From an uncultured Gemmatimonadota bacterium (GTDB lineage Bacteria > SM23-81 > DAOVCL01), in the NCBI GenBank assembly GCA_964626665.1, contig CAZVGK010000006.1:1-64000 (forward strand): a stretch of DNA of 64,000 nucleotides. Reading direction: 5' to 3'. Below, in pieces: positions 1 to 9,657 of the stretch. Every line of letters begins with the position of its first letter. Positions within the stretch are counted from its first letter, which is position 1. Under the pieces are notes generated by a model that made no database searches, was not told where the DNA came from, and saw nothing but the letters and a program-made list of their open reading frames with translations. The translations under genes were made by a program, and so were the position numbers.

Positions 1-356
1 AAAATTTAAGTCATAATTTACAACCATTTAGCCTTTTTACTGCGGAAGTCGGCTTCCATGCCAAGGTTAGCTCGACTTGATGCTTCCGGTGTTTTGCATC
101 CCTTCATAATCGGGGGGATAGAGCGTCCCAAAATACGAACGGAAACGTCGAGGTTATGATTTAGATCGGATTGCCAAGAGGGATGCCGAAATCTATGGAA
201 TGGAGATAGGGGGGATATTTTCAGGCCCTTTTGCCCATAGGTTGAGGAGAAAAGAAACGTAGAGTTCTTATCCGGTTGCTTTTAAGCTTTGATTCAGTGG
301 TTGAGGATATTTGTAGAATAAATAAGCAGTAATAAAAAGTAAGGGGTGAGAAAAAA

Positions 357-560
357 ATGGGAAAGACTGTTTCAATACCTGAGAAGAGTATTATAGAGAT
401 GCTTAGGGCATTGCCTGAGGATACCCTAATGGATATAGTTTCAAAAGTTTTTATGGAAAGTGATGTGTTCCCTTTAACAAAGGAGGAAAGGGTATCCTAT
501 AAAAAGGCTATGAGAGAGCGAGAAAGAGGAGAAACCATAAGTTGGGAAAAATTGAGATAG
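357..560 (+). CDS. Putative antitoxin of a type II TA pair
   Basis: 67 aa, ends in a ...GETISWEKL motif typical of antitoxins; overlaps the downstream RelE-like gene; AAGGGGTG RBS. Confidence 0.7.
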   Translation: MGKTVSIPEKSIIEMLRALPEDTLMDIVSKVFMESDVFPLTKEERVSYKKAMRERERGETISWEKLR

Positions 561-793
561 AACTTTCCAAAGAGGCAGCTAAACAGTACAAAAAGTTACC
601 AAAAGGATACAAGAGATTGGTTGATATTGCACTTTATAGATTATCTCAGAACTTACAGATAGACTTGAAGCCCATAAAAGGTGAAAGAGATATCTATAGA
701 ATTAGAGTGGGGAAATATAGGGTTCTAATAAGAATGTTTGAAAGGGCGGTACTCGTATTTAGGATATCAAGCAGGGGAGATGTGTATAAATAG
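542..793 (+). CDS. RelE/ParE-family toxin
   Basis: 83 aa, basic; motifs LKPIKG..IYRIRVGKYRVL and C-terminal RGDVYK. Confidence 0.85.
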   Translation: MGKIEIELSKEAAKQYKKLPKGYKRLVDIALYRLSQNLQIDLKPIKGERDIYRIRVGKYRVLIRMFERAVLVFRISSRGDVYK

Positions 794-1387
794 GCAACGG
801 CGGCTTGTGTAAAAAGGGGAGGGGATAAGGGATGCTGGTAAGAAAGTAAGTTGAGGTGAGAAGAACGCCGTAATGAATGGATTCCATGCCAAGATTAGCT
901 TGATAGCATTGGAATTTCCTTTTTTCTCATTGGTTATCAAAGAGTCATAGAAGTAGGACTCGAAGTCACTGAATTCAAATCCCTTGGTAGTCCTAGACTT
1001 CAGACTGCATTTTGTTGCAACCTTAGATGGTGTGGCTACTATAGTTTAGAGGGAGCGGACAGGCCTGAAGGTTTTCTCTACATAGCTTCGTCAGGGCAGG
1101 AACCCTGACGGCACCAATCTTGATGATCTGTGTTAATCTGCGTCCCATATAGCCCGCACCGAAGGTGCGCTAAGTTCACTTGACGCTCCCGTTGTTTTGC
1201 ATCACATCATAATCAAGGGAATAGAGCATCGTAAGATATTCTTAAATGATGGTGAAAGCCCATACTCTTGAGGATTCTTATACAATCTGTGGTTAATGTA
1301 TATTTTGGGATATTAGAAGGTCGAAAAGGCAATTTAAGCAAAGTCCTGGCAAATATCGTGCAAATATGTTAGGAGTGATGTTATCAG

Positions 1388-2506
1388 ATGAGAAGATTAT
1401 TTGTGACAGGTGTTCCTGTAACCGGGGATGAATTTGTTGGCCGGCAGAAGGAGATAAAGGAGATCAAATATTTGATCACCCATGGACAGAGTGTTATTCT
1501 CACTGCTCCCCGCCGATATGGTAAAACCTCCCTGCTCTTGAAGATCCTTGAAGAATTGCGGAAGGAAGGGAATTATACATCCGTCGTGGATATTTTTTCG
1601 GTTACTTCCTTAGGAGGCTTGGCAGAGAGGATAATTGAGGTGGTTTTAGAAAATCGAAAGTTGGCCTATATTGTTAAGTCGTTAAAGGAGAGCATTGCTC
1701 AAGCACTAAAGCAAGTGGAGATAAAGCAGGTTATCGAAGATTTTGAGTTTGTCCTGAACATAGCGGAGCGAAATAGGGATGAACAGGCCCTCATCGAGGA
1801 AGCTCTTGATTTTCCACAAAAGTTCACCGTTAAAAACAAGAAAGACCTCTATTTTTTCTACGATGAATTTGGTGACATCCAGAAGCTTAACGGAGAATCT
1901 TTGATTAAGTTGATGCGTAGCAAATTTCAGCGCCACAGTAATGTCTGTTATCTTTTTGCAGGCAGCCAAGAAAGCGTGATGAAGGAAATCTTCGCTCTGG
2001 AAAAAAGCGCCTTTTATCGGTTTGGCAGGTTAATCTATTTAGGAGAGATTGAACGAAAGATATTTGCAGACTACATTCAGAGCCGTTTCGCTGAGGGGGG
2101 GATTGCTGTCAATCAACAGATTGCAAATCGTATTTTGGATAAAACAAAGGGCCACCCGTATTATACTCAACTTGTCTGTCAGCATATTCACTATGCCGTT
2201 CAAGGAGAAAAGGAGACCGTAGAATCGGATGATGTAGAACAGGGATATAGGGAAGCGTTAAACTCTGAAAGGACCTATTTTGAAAAACTGTGGGAAGAAC
2301 TTTCCACCGCTCCGGCCCAATTAGGTCTTTTGATAGAGATTGTTAAGGGAGGAAAGAACTTGTGGCTTTTGGAAAAGGAGAACGGCATCAATGTGTCGAG
2401 AACGCTTAGGCTACTGCGTAAAAGAGGATTTATCAAAAAGATTGATGAAGGAGACTACTCCCTTATTGACCCCCTATTTCATAGTTATATTCTTGACCAA
2501 CTCTAA
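1388..2506 (+). CDS. Archaeal-type (ATPase_2-like) P-loop ATPase with C-terminal winged helix
   Basis: N-terminal FVGRQKE, Walker A APRRYGKTS, Walker B FFYDEF, TKGHPYY motif, C-terminal LIDPLF; AGGAG RBS. Confidence 0.85.
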   Translation: MRRLFVTGVPVTGDEFVGRQKEIKEIKYLITHGQSVILTAPRRYGKTSLLLKILEELRKEGNYTSVVDIFSVTSLGGLAERIIEVVLENRKLAYIVKSLKESIAQALKQVEIKQVIEDFEFVLNIAERNRDEQALIEEALDFPQKFTVKNKKDLYFFYDEFGDIQKLNGESLIKLMRSKFQRHSNVCYLFAGSQESVMKEIFALEKSAFYRFGRLIYLGEIERKIFADYIQSRFAEGGIAVNQQIANRILDKTKGHPYYTQLVCQHIHYAVQGEKETVESDDVEQGYREALNSERTYFEKLWEELSTAPAQLGLLIEIVKGGKNLWLLEKENGINVSRTLRLLRKRGFIKKIDEGDYSLIDPLFHSYILDQL

Positions 2507-2562
2507 TAACAGGCGACGGTTCACGATGCTCAGGAAGTGAGGGAAGTGGTAGTTGAGACCGC

Positions 2563-2595
2563 GAGATTGCTTCGGGCTCCGCCCTCGCAATGACA
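2563..2595. repeat. Palindromic repeat family A (GAGATTGCTTCG...CCTCGCAATGACA), half element
   Basis: Same ends as the copies at 41784-41886 and 63531-63585. Confidence 0.7.
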
Positions 2596-2778
2596 TTTGA
2601 AAAAGCAATGTGTAGACTATAATTTGCCCTGAGTAATAAGAACTATCCAGCAAAATCTGCGTTTATCTGCGTCCAAAAAGGGGAATCCTATGCTTTCAAG
2701 GTTAGAACCCTCGGCTGAAGCCGGGTAGAACGAGATTGCTTCCTCGCGGAGCCTGTGCTGAGCAATAGCGAAGTGCTT

Positions 2779-2848
2779 CTCGCCCTGTTAGATAAGTCTC
2801 ATAATTTTTGGCTCTTGCCAGGATGTTATTGATATCTAACAGGGCGAG
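2779..2848. repeat. Short element with 16-bp terminal inverted repeats (CTCGCCCTGTTAGATA / TATCTAACAGGGCGAG)
   Basis: Perfect inverted repeat read directly from the sequence; MITE-like. Confidence 0.6.
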
Positions 2849-3369
2849 CAATGACCGATGGGGAAACTTTAATGTGCCCTGAGTAACATACCCTACAGGT
2901 CCTGTAGGGGACAGGGCCTGTAGGGTGGCAAGAGGGGCTTTGCCTGCCCTGGCCCGTAACAGGAGCTTCGTAGGCCTATTGAGAGAGCATAAGGGAACTT
3001 TTTTGCCAAGTGGGTTTTCGTAGGTCGACAAAGGACATCTGTGTAATTCCGTGAGATTCCGTGGTGAACGGTTACGAAAAAGGCATACTATGTAAGATGT
3101 GCACAATGTGCATAAATGTGCATATCGTGGCAAAGCCGCAACCAAATAATTCACCGCAAAGACGCAAAGGACGCAAAGTTTACCACGGAAATTCACGGAA
3201 AAAGCAATTAAGAATTAAAAGTGAAGTTTATGCTGGTTATTCCTGGTTCCCGATCCCTGGACATTCAAGCCTTTGCCTTCTCTGCGCCTACTTGGCGAGC
3301 TTTGCGGTTGAAAGAGTTAATCAACAAAAATGTTGACAACAAATTTGTTGATTTTTAGGGAGGTTTTAG

Positions 3370-4563
3370 ATGGCTTTTACCTTAAAACCGGCGATTGGGG
3401 ATGAATTTTTTAACAGAACCGAACTGATAGATGAGATGGTGAATACCCTCTCTGAACCCAAATTGAGGATGGGTTTTGCCTTGGTTGGACCGAGAAGGGT
3501 GGGTAAGACCTCCATTTTAATGGAGGTGGAACGAGTGCTGAGGGGAAAGAAGGGGATCGTCCCGGTCTATTTCTCCCTATGGGAATTGGTGGAAAGGACA
3601 GTCCAAGAGTTCGTTTTCGTCCTTACTCAGGATATAATTGAGGCTTACAAGAGTGAGCTTTCCTGGAAATATAAGATAAAGAATATTATGGCACTGCCCG
3701 TTTCCACGGTTATCTCTATTCTTAAGGCTACCGATTTGAAGATTAAGCTATTTGATGAGATAGAACTTCTGCTTTCCCAAAAGGAAATTAGAAAAGAACA
3801 CATAACCCAAGTAATAAAGGAGACCTTTGCCCTTCCAGAGCAATTGGCCAAAAAGACAGATACCAGGTGTGTTCTCATCTTGGATGAGTTTCCCCTGCTA
3901 ATGGACTTAAAAAACGGGAGAAAGCTGGGAGAGGGGATAATTGGGGCGATAAGGACGGTTAATGAGACCTATAGGGATACTATCCTCACCGTTTCCGGGT
4001 CCATCAGGGCCACAATGGAAATGGCTGTATTATCCGCATCCTCCCCATTTTATCGGCAATTCATTGTGAAGAGCATTTCCCCTTTTCAGAAAGAGGATGT
4101 CCTGGGTTTATTAAGGACGAACTTAGATGCCAGTTTAGATAACGAAGCCTTGGATTTGCTTTATGAGGAGACCGGGGGGATACCTTTTTATATCCAGTTC
4201 ATTGGCCGAAAGCTATTTCAAAAAAGGGTATGTAAAGTTACCTTGGCAGAGGTAAAAGATTGCCTGGTGGAATTTATTGATGAAGAGGGGGACTTGATAT
4301 TCAGTGAGAAATTTGAGAGAATCGGCTCCAAAGAGAGGCTGGTATTATCCATCTTGGCCAGATCCGATAGTCGAAATTTGTCCTCCATTGCCAAGGCCAC
4401 CAGGGAGAGTATGAATGCGGTAAGCAGATATCTGAATTACCTAATCAAAAGGGGAATGGTAAGGAAAAAGGAGAGGGGATTATATCAAATTGTAGATCCG
4501 ATGTTTAGAAGATGGATACTGCAAAAGAGAGGGGGAATAACATTGATGTTTCGGAATTTCTAA
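3370..4563 (+). CDS. Second archaeal-type P-loop ATPase with C-terminal winged helix
   Basis: FFNRTEL, Walker A GPRRVGKTS, Walker B LILDEF, TGGIPFY, MarR-like HTH and IVDPMF; GGAGG RBS. Confidence 0.85.
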   Translation: MAFTLKPAIGDEFFNRTELIDEMVNTLSEPKLRMGFALVGPRRVGKTSILMEVERVLRGKKGIVPVYFSLWELVERTVQEFVFVLTQDIIEAYKSELSWKYKIKNIMALPVSTVISILKATDLKIKLFDEIELLLSQKEIRKEHITQVIKETFALPEQLAKKTDTRCVLILDEFPLLMDLKNGRKLGEGIIGAIRTVNETYRDTILTVSGSIRATMEMAVLSASSPFYRQFIVKSISPFQKEDVLGLLRTNLDASLDNEALDLLYEETGGIPFYIQFIGRKLFQKRVCKVTLAEVKDCLVEFIDEEGDLIFSEKFERIGSKERLVLSILARSDSRNLSSIAKATRESMNAVSRYLNYLIKRGMVRKKERGLYQIVDPMFRRWILQKRGGITLMFRNF

Positions 4564-4714
4564 GAAATTCCGAAACGTGGGGGAATGTTTGAAGGGGGTA
4601 TGCCCCTTTCAAGGGTGACAGCGGAGCAATCCGAACTGGCGGAGGATTGTGGAGCGCCATAGGGCCGGTGAGGTCCTCTGGAGAAGTTAGTGACCGAAGG
4701 GAGCTAAGTTCGTC
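4548..4714. repeat. Multi-hairpin structured repeat, copy 1
   Basis: Shares ordered blocks with 41575-41778: TTTCGGAATTT..AAGAAATTC.GAAA, TTGAAG-hairpin-TTCAA, TGACAGCGGAGC, AAGTTAG.GACCGA..GAGCTA, TCGTCT. Confidence 0.65.
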
Positions 4715-4849
4715 TGGAGATAAAGTGATGGAAAGGATTTACTGCTGAAGTGACTTCTAAAACCGTTAGTTTCCTTATTGAACCATAGGGGTTTTACCAC
4801 AGTCTGATGGTCAAAAATATAAATATGAAAGTTATTACAGGGAGGTGTT

Positions 4850-6451
4850 TTGGATTATAAGGGCAATTCTGTGAGAATTGGTGTTTTGATCGTAATCTTT
4901 TTCATTAGCATATACATATTAGCGATGAATGGAAGGTTTTCCACCTCTATGGATGTTGAGGTTTACAAAGCCGCCAAAAGTGTCGTTGAGACCGGTAGTT
5001 TTGGACTTCAAGAAAAAACGATGGCCAGCAAGATTGGTAAGGATGGCAAAAATTATGTTGTAGAGGGTTTGGGTGTGATACTATCGGGGGTTCCCTTTGT
5101 TTACCTCTCCAAATTTGTTGGCATTCCCTCAGGTAGGTTAGTGGTGCTGATGAACCAGCTCTTAACCCCTCTTGTTTGTTTGTTGATATTTCTTCTGGGA
5201 AAGGAGTTAAAATATTCTCTAAAAACTTCGGTTTTGCTTTCATTTATATACGGATTAGGAACTATGGCTTTTGTTCATTCTAAATATATGTTCCCCGAAC
5301 CTCTCACGTCGATTGCTTTTTTGTCATCGCTTCTATTTCTTTTTAAATATAGAAAATCAAAGCGGAATTTGTTCTTGTTTATCGCTGGTTCTTTTACTGG
5401 ATTTACACTTATTATCCGCCCAGATTCTTTTATTTTTATGTTCTGTATGCTAATTGCTTTGGCTATGCTTTTTTATCAGGATAAAAAGCAAGGCCAATCT
5501 TTTTCCCTGTTGATAAAACAGGCTATCCTTCTTTTAATCCCACTCGTTTTCTTTTTTATCCTTTTTTCTTATTACAATTATTTACGGTTTGGAAATATCT
5601 TGGAGACAGGATATACTATGGGCAAAGAGGGTGAAGCCGCAACATTATCATATGCAAGTCGGTTCTTAAACATAGGGAAAACCATTGAAGGTCTCTTAGG
5701 TATGTGGCTTATTCCTTGCCGAAGTATCTTCTTTATAAGTCCTATACTGATATTGTTCCTTTTTTCCATAAAGGATTTTTGGAGGAAATATCGTTTTGAA
5801 GCGAGAGTGATGGGGGCAGTCTTTGTTTTATATACTCTCCTTTACTCCAATCGTGGCCCTACAGGTTTCCCGGGAAGTGCTGCATGGGGTGTGAGATATA
5901 TGTTACCGATGGTGAGCTTCATGATAATTCCAATTGGGTGCTTTTTGGACAAAATATTTGCCGAGAACAAAATATTATGGAAAAGACTTTTTGGGACTTT
6001 GCTGGGTATTTCAATTGTTATACAAATCATAGGCTCAAGTGTAAACTATCAGATGATACAGATGCCTTTAAATAATCAGATTGTAAATGATCCGGCGGTC
6101 AAGGCAAGGTTTTCATCGCAAGAGGAGATAAACAAATATGCTGGACACGAGACCCGCTGGCGGTTGCTTATGTCTCCCAAATGGAATCTAATATCGAAAA
6201 ATATCGAGATCTTAAGAACAACTGATCAGACCGATTTTATGCTCTACAACATGCTCAAAGCTGACTTTAAGGGCCAGGCTGATTGGGCAAAGATATCTAT
6301 TTTTTTGTTAATACTTTATTTGATTTCCACTATCTTTGTCTCCGGATATTTTATTTTGAAACCTGTGGAGATTTTCCCTCTCAGAGTGGTTAAGGCTGTT
6401 CCACAAAAACAGCTTGAGTCTAAATCGGGGAGGCATCTCAAGAAAAGATGA
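4850..6451 (+). CDS. GT-C fold (PMT/ArnT-like) membrane glycosyltransferase
   Basis: Polytopic membrane protein; early D-x-E loop, FPEP, IRPD, YNYLRFG and WGVRYMLP motifs; TTG start after GGAGG. Confidence 0.7.
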   Translation: MDYKGNSVRIGVLIVIFFISIYILAMNGRFSTSMDVEVYKAAKSVVETGSFGLQEKTMASKIGKDGKNYVVEGLGVILSGVPFVYLSKFVGIPSGRLVVLMNQLLTPLVCLLIFLLGKELKYSLKTSVLLSFIYGLGTMAFVHSKYMFPEPLTSIAFLSSLLFLFKYRKSKRNLFLFIAGSFTGFTLIIRPDSFIFMFCMLIALAMLFYQDKKQGQSFSLLIKQAILLLIPLVFFFILFSYYNYLRFGNILETGYTMGKEGEAATLSYASRFLNIGKTIEGLLGMWLIPCRSIFFISPILILFLFSIKDFWRKYRFEARVMGAVFVLYTLLYSNRGPTGFPGSAAWGVRYMLPMVSFMIIPIGCFLDKIFAENKILWKRLFGTLLGISIVIQIIGSSVNYQMIQMPLNNQIVNDPAVKARFSSQEEINKYAGHETRWRLLMSPKWNLISKNIEILRTTDQTDFMLYNMLKADFKGQADWAKISIFLLILYLISTIFVSGYFILKPVEIFPLRVVKAVPQKQLESKSGRHLKKR

Positions 6452-6514
6452 AATATGTTTGTGCCCCGAATTATTCATAAGAGCCTGTATAGTTGTATCG
6501 AATGGCTAATAGCT

Positions 6515-6572
6515 GAGCGGTCAGATCCCCTGATCTGACCAAGGAGGTGGCAGAACGGGGTTCTGCCACCTC
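6515..6572. repeat. Palindromic repeat family D (GTCAGATCCCCTGATCTGAC + GTGGCAGAA..GGGGTTCTGCCAC)
   Basis: Related copies at about 13877-13914, 57669-57988 (several) and 63686-63716. Confidence 0.7.
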
Positions 6573-6635
6573 AAGGAAAAGTGGCTGAGGGCCAAATCTA
6601 TACAATAAAAATATTGTCAATAAACTTATTGTAAA

Positions 6636-7580
6636 ATGGAAAAGATTTCCTCTTCAAATGAAATTGATGTCTCCATTATTGTTCCCGCCTATAACGAGGA
6701 GGAGAATATCCCCCTATTGATGGAGAAGTTTTCCCAGATGTTTGGAGAATCCAAGATCAAAGGAGAGGTGATCTTAGTTGATGACGGGAGCACTGACGGG
6801 ACTTTACAGAAAGCAAGAGAGAGTGAGAAGAAGTATAATTTTCTCAGGGTAACTTCCCATAGGGCAAATCAAGGGCTTACTGCAGCTCTGGATACTGGAT
6901 TTAAGCTGGCTAAAGGCAGGGTCTTTGTTTTCTATCCTGCTGATCTTCAGTATGATCCAGAGGATATTCCCCGCATGGTTGATAAGATCAATGAGGGCTG
7001 GGATATAGTTACCGGTTGGAAACAGGGGAGATATGGCACCAAGAGATTTGTATCCGTTATCTATAACTGGTTGTCCCGTAAATTATTTAAGGTTAAGGTT
7101 CATGACTTAAATTCAGTTAAGGCATTTAAGAGGGAGGTGGTGGAGGATATACCCTTGAGGAGGGATTGGCACAGATATATGGTTGTTCTGGCTGCCGATA
7201 GGGGATTCAAGGTTGGTGAAGTAAAGATAGACCTGTATCCCCGCAGGTTTGGGAAGAGTAAATTTGGCGGTTTCTGGAGGATCCCCATTGGGGTCTTGGA
7301 TATTATTAGCGTAAAGTTCCAGATTTCCTTTATGAAGAAACCGATGTTATTGTTTGGGTCCTTGGGGCTCATTCTGCTTGTTTTGGGATTGGCCGCTGGA
7401 TTGATTGCCGTTTATCTGAGGGTCTTTCTACATCAAGGATTTCGCCCACTTTTGTATTTGGTGATTTTGTTAGTCCTCTCCGGAATTTCATTTTTTGTCT
7501 TAGGCTTTCTGGCTGAGGCTATAGTTGGGGTGAGGGAGAAGGTGGAGAGCTTAAAAGAGAGTTTGTTAAAGAAGCAATAA
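6636..7580 (+). CDS. GT2 glycosyltransferase, polyprenol-phosphate sugar synthase type (ArnC/GtrB-like)
   Basis: SIIVPAYNEEE, VDDGSTD, ADLQYDP and two C-terminal TM helices. Confidence 0.85.
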   Translation: MEKISSSNEIDVSIIVPAYNEEENIPLLMEKFSQMFGESKIKGEVILVDDGSTDGTLQKARESEKKYNFLRVTSHRANQGLTAALDTGFKLAKGRVFVFYPADLQYDPEDIPRMVDKINEGWDIVTGWKQGRYGTKRFVSVIYNWLSRKLFKVKVHDLNSVKAFKREVVEDIPLRRDWHRYMVVLAADRGFKVGEVKIDLYPRRFGKSKFGGFWRIPIGVLDIISVKFQISFMKKPMLLFGSLGLILLVLGLAAGLIAVYLRVFLHQGFRPLLYLVILLVLSGISFFVLGFLAEAIVGVREKVESLKESLLKKQ

Positions 7581-7603
7581 TAAGAATGTAACTTGGAATT
7601 CAC

Positions 7604-8734
7604 TTGAATATTTGTATCGTAACTCATTGTTATCCTCATTTTGATGGGGACATTTCTGGACATTTTATCCCTATTTTTGCTCAAGAGCTAAAGAGAAAAG
7701 GTCAGGAAATTTTTATATTCACCCCTAAGATGGAGACTTATCGAGGTTCACCCTTTAGAAAGGAGAAAGAATTTTTTGTTGAATATTTTAATTGGTGGGG
7801 TGGTAAAAAATTATTAGGCAATTTGAATATCTTAAATCCACTCGATGTTCTCTCTCTGTTAAGTTTAAAAATAAAAGGTGTCAAAAATTTAGTGGATTTC
7901 GTCGATAGAAATCATATTGATTTGTGTTTAGCGATCTGGGCAATTCCCAGCGGCTATTTTTGCCATATGGTCAAGAAGAAGTTGAACATTCCTTATGCAG
8001 TTTGGGTTTTGGGTTCAGATGTAAATGTTTATGGCAAAAAGTTGTTTCTGAGATCAATTCTTAAGAAGGTTTTGAAGGATGCAGATCATTTGTTTGCAAA
8101 TAGCAGGGGGCTAATTCAAAGCGTTGAAGCTATTTCGGGACAGAAGTGTGATTTCATGGCTACAAATAGAAAATTACCTGACCCCAAAAAGGTTAGCCTT
8201 GGAAAAGATGTTACTAACTTTTTGTATGTAGGGAGATTGGAGAGGGTCAAAGGGATTGATATTTTAATTGAAACTATGAAAAATCTCCTTGGAGAGGGGG
8301 TAAAAGCTAATCTTCATATCTTAGGGGATGGAAGCATAAAGGAAGAACTTGAGGGGCAAGTAATTTCATATAAGATTGAAGAAAGTGTCTTTTTTCATGG
8401 GATGGTAAATGCTGATACTGTTAGTTCCTATTTAGCCAATTGTGATTATTTAGTCATTCCTTCCAGAAGTGAGGGGATGCCAGTTGTCTTCCATGAGGCC
8501 ATGCAGTTAAAGGTTCCTGTTATAGTTACCAATGTTGGGGATATGGGACAACTAACCCGGGAATATAATGTCGGTGAAGTAGTTGAACCCGAAAGCATTA
8601 TGCAATTGAAGGGAGCGATGAAGGAAATAATGGGGAAAAATAAAGGAAATTATAGAAAAAGGATGAATGAAATAGTGAGCGAATTTGATCTGGAGAAATC
8701 AGCAGAGACATTTCTAATGAGTATTAAATCCTGA
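7604..8734 (+). CDS. GT4 glycosyltransferase
   Basis: YVGRLERVKG and PSRSEGMPVVFHEAM (EX7E) motifs. Confidence 0.9.
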   Translation: MNICIVTHCYPHFDGDISGHFIPIFAQELKRKGQEIFIFTPKMETYRGSPFRKEKEFFVEYFNWWGGKKLLGNLNILNPLDVLSLLSLKIKGVKNLVDFVDRNHIDLCLAIWAIPSGYFCHMVKKKLNIPYAVWVLGSDVNVYGKKLFLRSILKKVLKDADHLFANSRGLIQSVEAISGQKCDFMATNRKLPDPKKVSLGKDVTNFLYVGRLERVKGIDILIETMKNLLGEGVKANLHILGDGSIKEELEGQVISYKIEESVFFHGMVNADTVSSYLANCDYLVIPSRSEGMPVVFHEAMQLKVPVIVTNVGDMGQLTREYNVGEVVEPESIMQLKGAMKEIMGKNKGNYRKRMNEIVSEFDLEKSAETFLMSIKS

Positions 8735-8741
8735 TTGACTG

Positions 8742-9650
8742 ATGCTTTCTGAAGGGGGAAACCGCAATTGGCTAAAGATAATAATTCAAGTTCTGGTGAT
8801 TGGGGCGATATTCTATTTTTTAGGCAAGGAGGTTTACAAAAATTGGGCACAAGTTTCTAAATATGAATGGCATTTTAGCTATCTTCAATTAATCGTTTCC
8901 TCTATAATTCTTCTTTTTGCCCTTACATTGATGGTAATAATCTGGAGGTTAGTGTTAAAAAAGCTGGGGGGCGAGCTAAGCTTTAGAAAAGCATGGAAAA
9001 TATGGTTTTACTCAAATATGGGGAGGTATATTCCGGGTAAGGTATGGCAGATAGTGGGAATGGTTTACTTGTGTCAAAAGGAAAACATCTCCAAGATAAA
9101 AACGACTACCAGCATCTTTTTAGCTCAAGCTTTGTCTATAATGTCCGCTCTTTTTTTGATGATAATTTATCTCACTTTCATAGGAAGCAAGAAAATTCCT
9201 CACTTAATTTACTTCTTGTTTTTATTGATTCCTATTGGTTTATTCGTCGTTTACCCCTCAAATTTAGAGAAACTGATAAATTTCGGTTTGAAGACATTAA
9301 AAAAGGGAAGGGTGACGATAAGCATAAAATATGGTGACATTTTATTTGCTCTTGCCCTTTACCTTGGGGGATGGATAATCTATGGGGTAGCTTTCTATTT
9401 TTTCACCAATTCGGTGTATGGACTTTCTCATAGACTTATCCCCGTTATCTCTTGTATTTTTGCCACAGCTTACGCCCTTGGCTACTTAAGTTTTATAACC
9501 CCGGGGGGGTTAGGGGTAAGGGAGGGCATACTCGCTTCACTCTTAAGCACTTTTATGCCTTTACCTATGGCAACGATTATCTCGATTTTATCCAGAGTCT
9601 GGTTTACCCTGGCAGAATTAATCTGTTTAGGGGTAAGTTTTAAACTATAG
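8742..9650 (+). CDS. Flippase-like (lysylphosphatidylglycerol synthase TM domain) membrane protein
   Basis: GRYIPGKVW and TPGGLGVREG motifs; hydrophobic. Confidence 0.8.
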   Translation: MLSEGGNRNWLKIIIQVLVIGAIFYFLGKEVYKNWAQVSKYEWHFSYLQLIVSSIILLFALTLMVIIWRLVLKKLGGELSFRKAWKIWFYSNMGRYIPGKVWQIVGMVYLCQKENISKIKTTTSIFLAQALSIMSALFLMIIYLTFIGSKKIPHLIYFLFLLIPIGLFVVYPSNLEKLINFGLKTLKKGRVTISIKYGDILFALALYLGGWIIYGVAFYFFTNSVYGLSHRLIPVISCIFATAYALGYLSFITPGGLGVREGILASLLSTFMPLPMATIISILSRVWFTLAELICLGVSFKL

Positions 9651-9657
9651 AGTTAAG

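Noticed and set aside
953-1000. tRNA fragment (TTCAAATCCC T-loop-like)
   Set aside because: No cloverleaf, acceptor stem or CCA can be built
1347-1362. sigma54 promoter TGGCAAATATCGTGCA
   Set aside because: GG-N10-GC spacing is right, but the match is weak and the implied start site falls in the RBS
3129-3180. c-di-GMP-I riboswitch (GGCAAA...GACGCAAAG)
   Set aside because: No GNRA-capped stem or second stem; the motif is part of a dispersed micro-repeat also found at about 34505-34556
2702-3336. ORFs 2702-3196 (-) and 3061-3336 (+)
   Set aside because: They run through repeat mosaics and show no protein-like motifs
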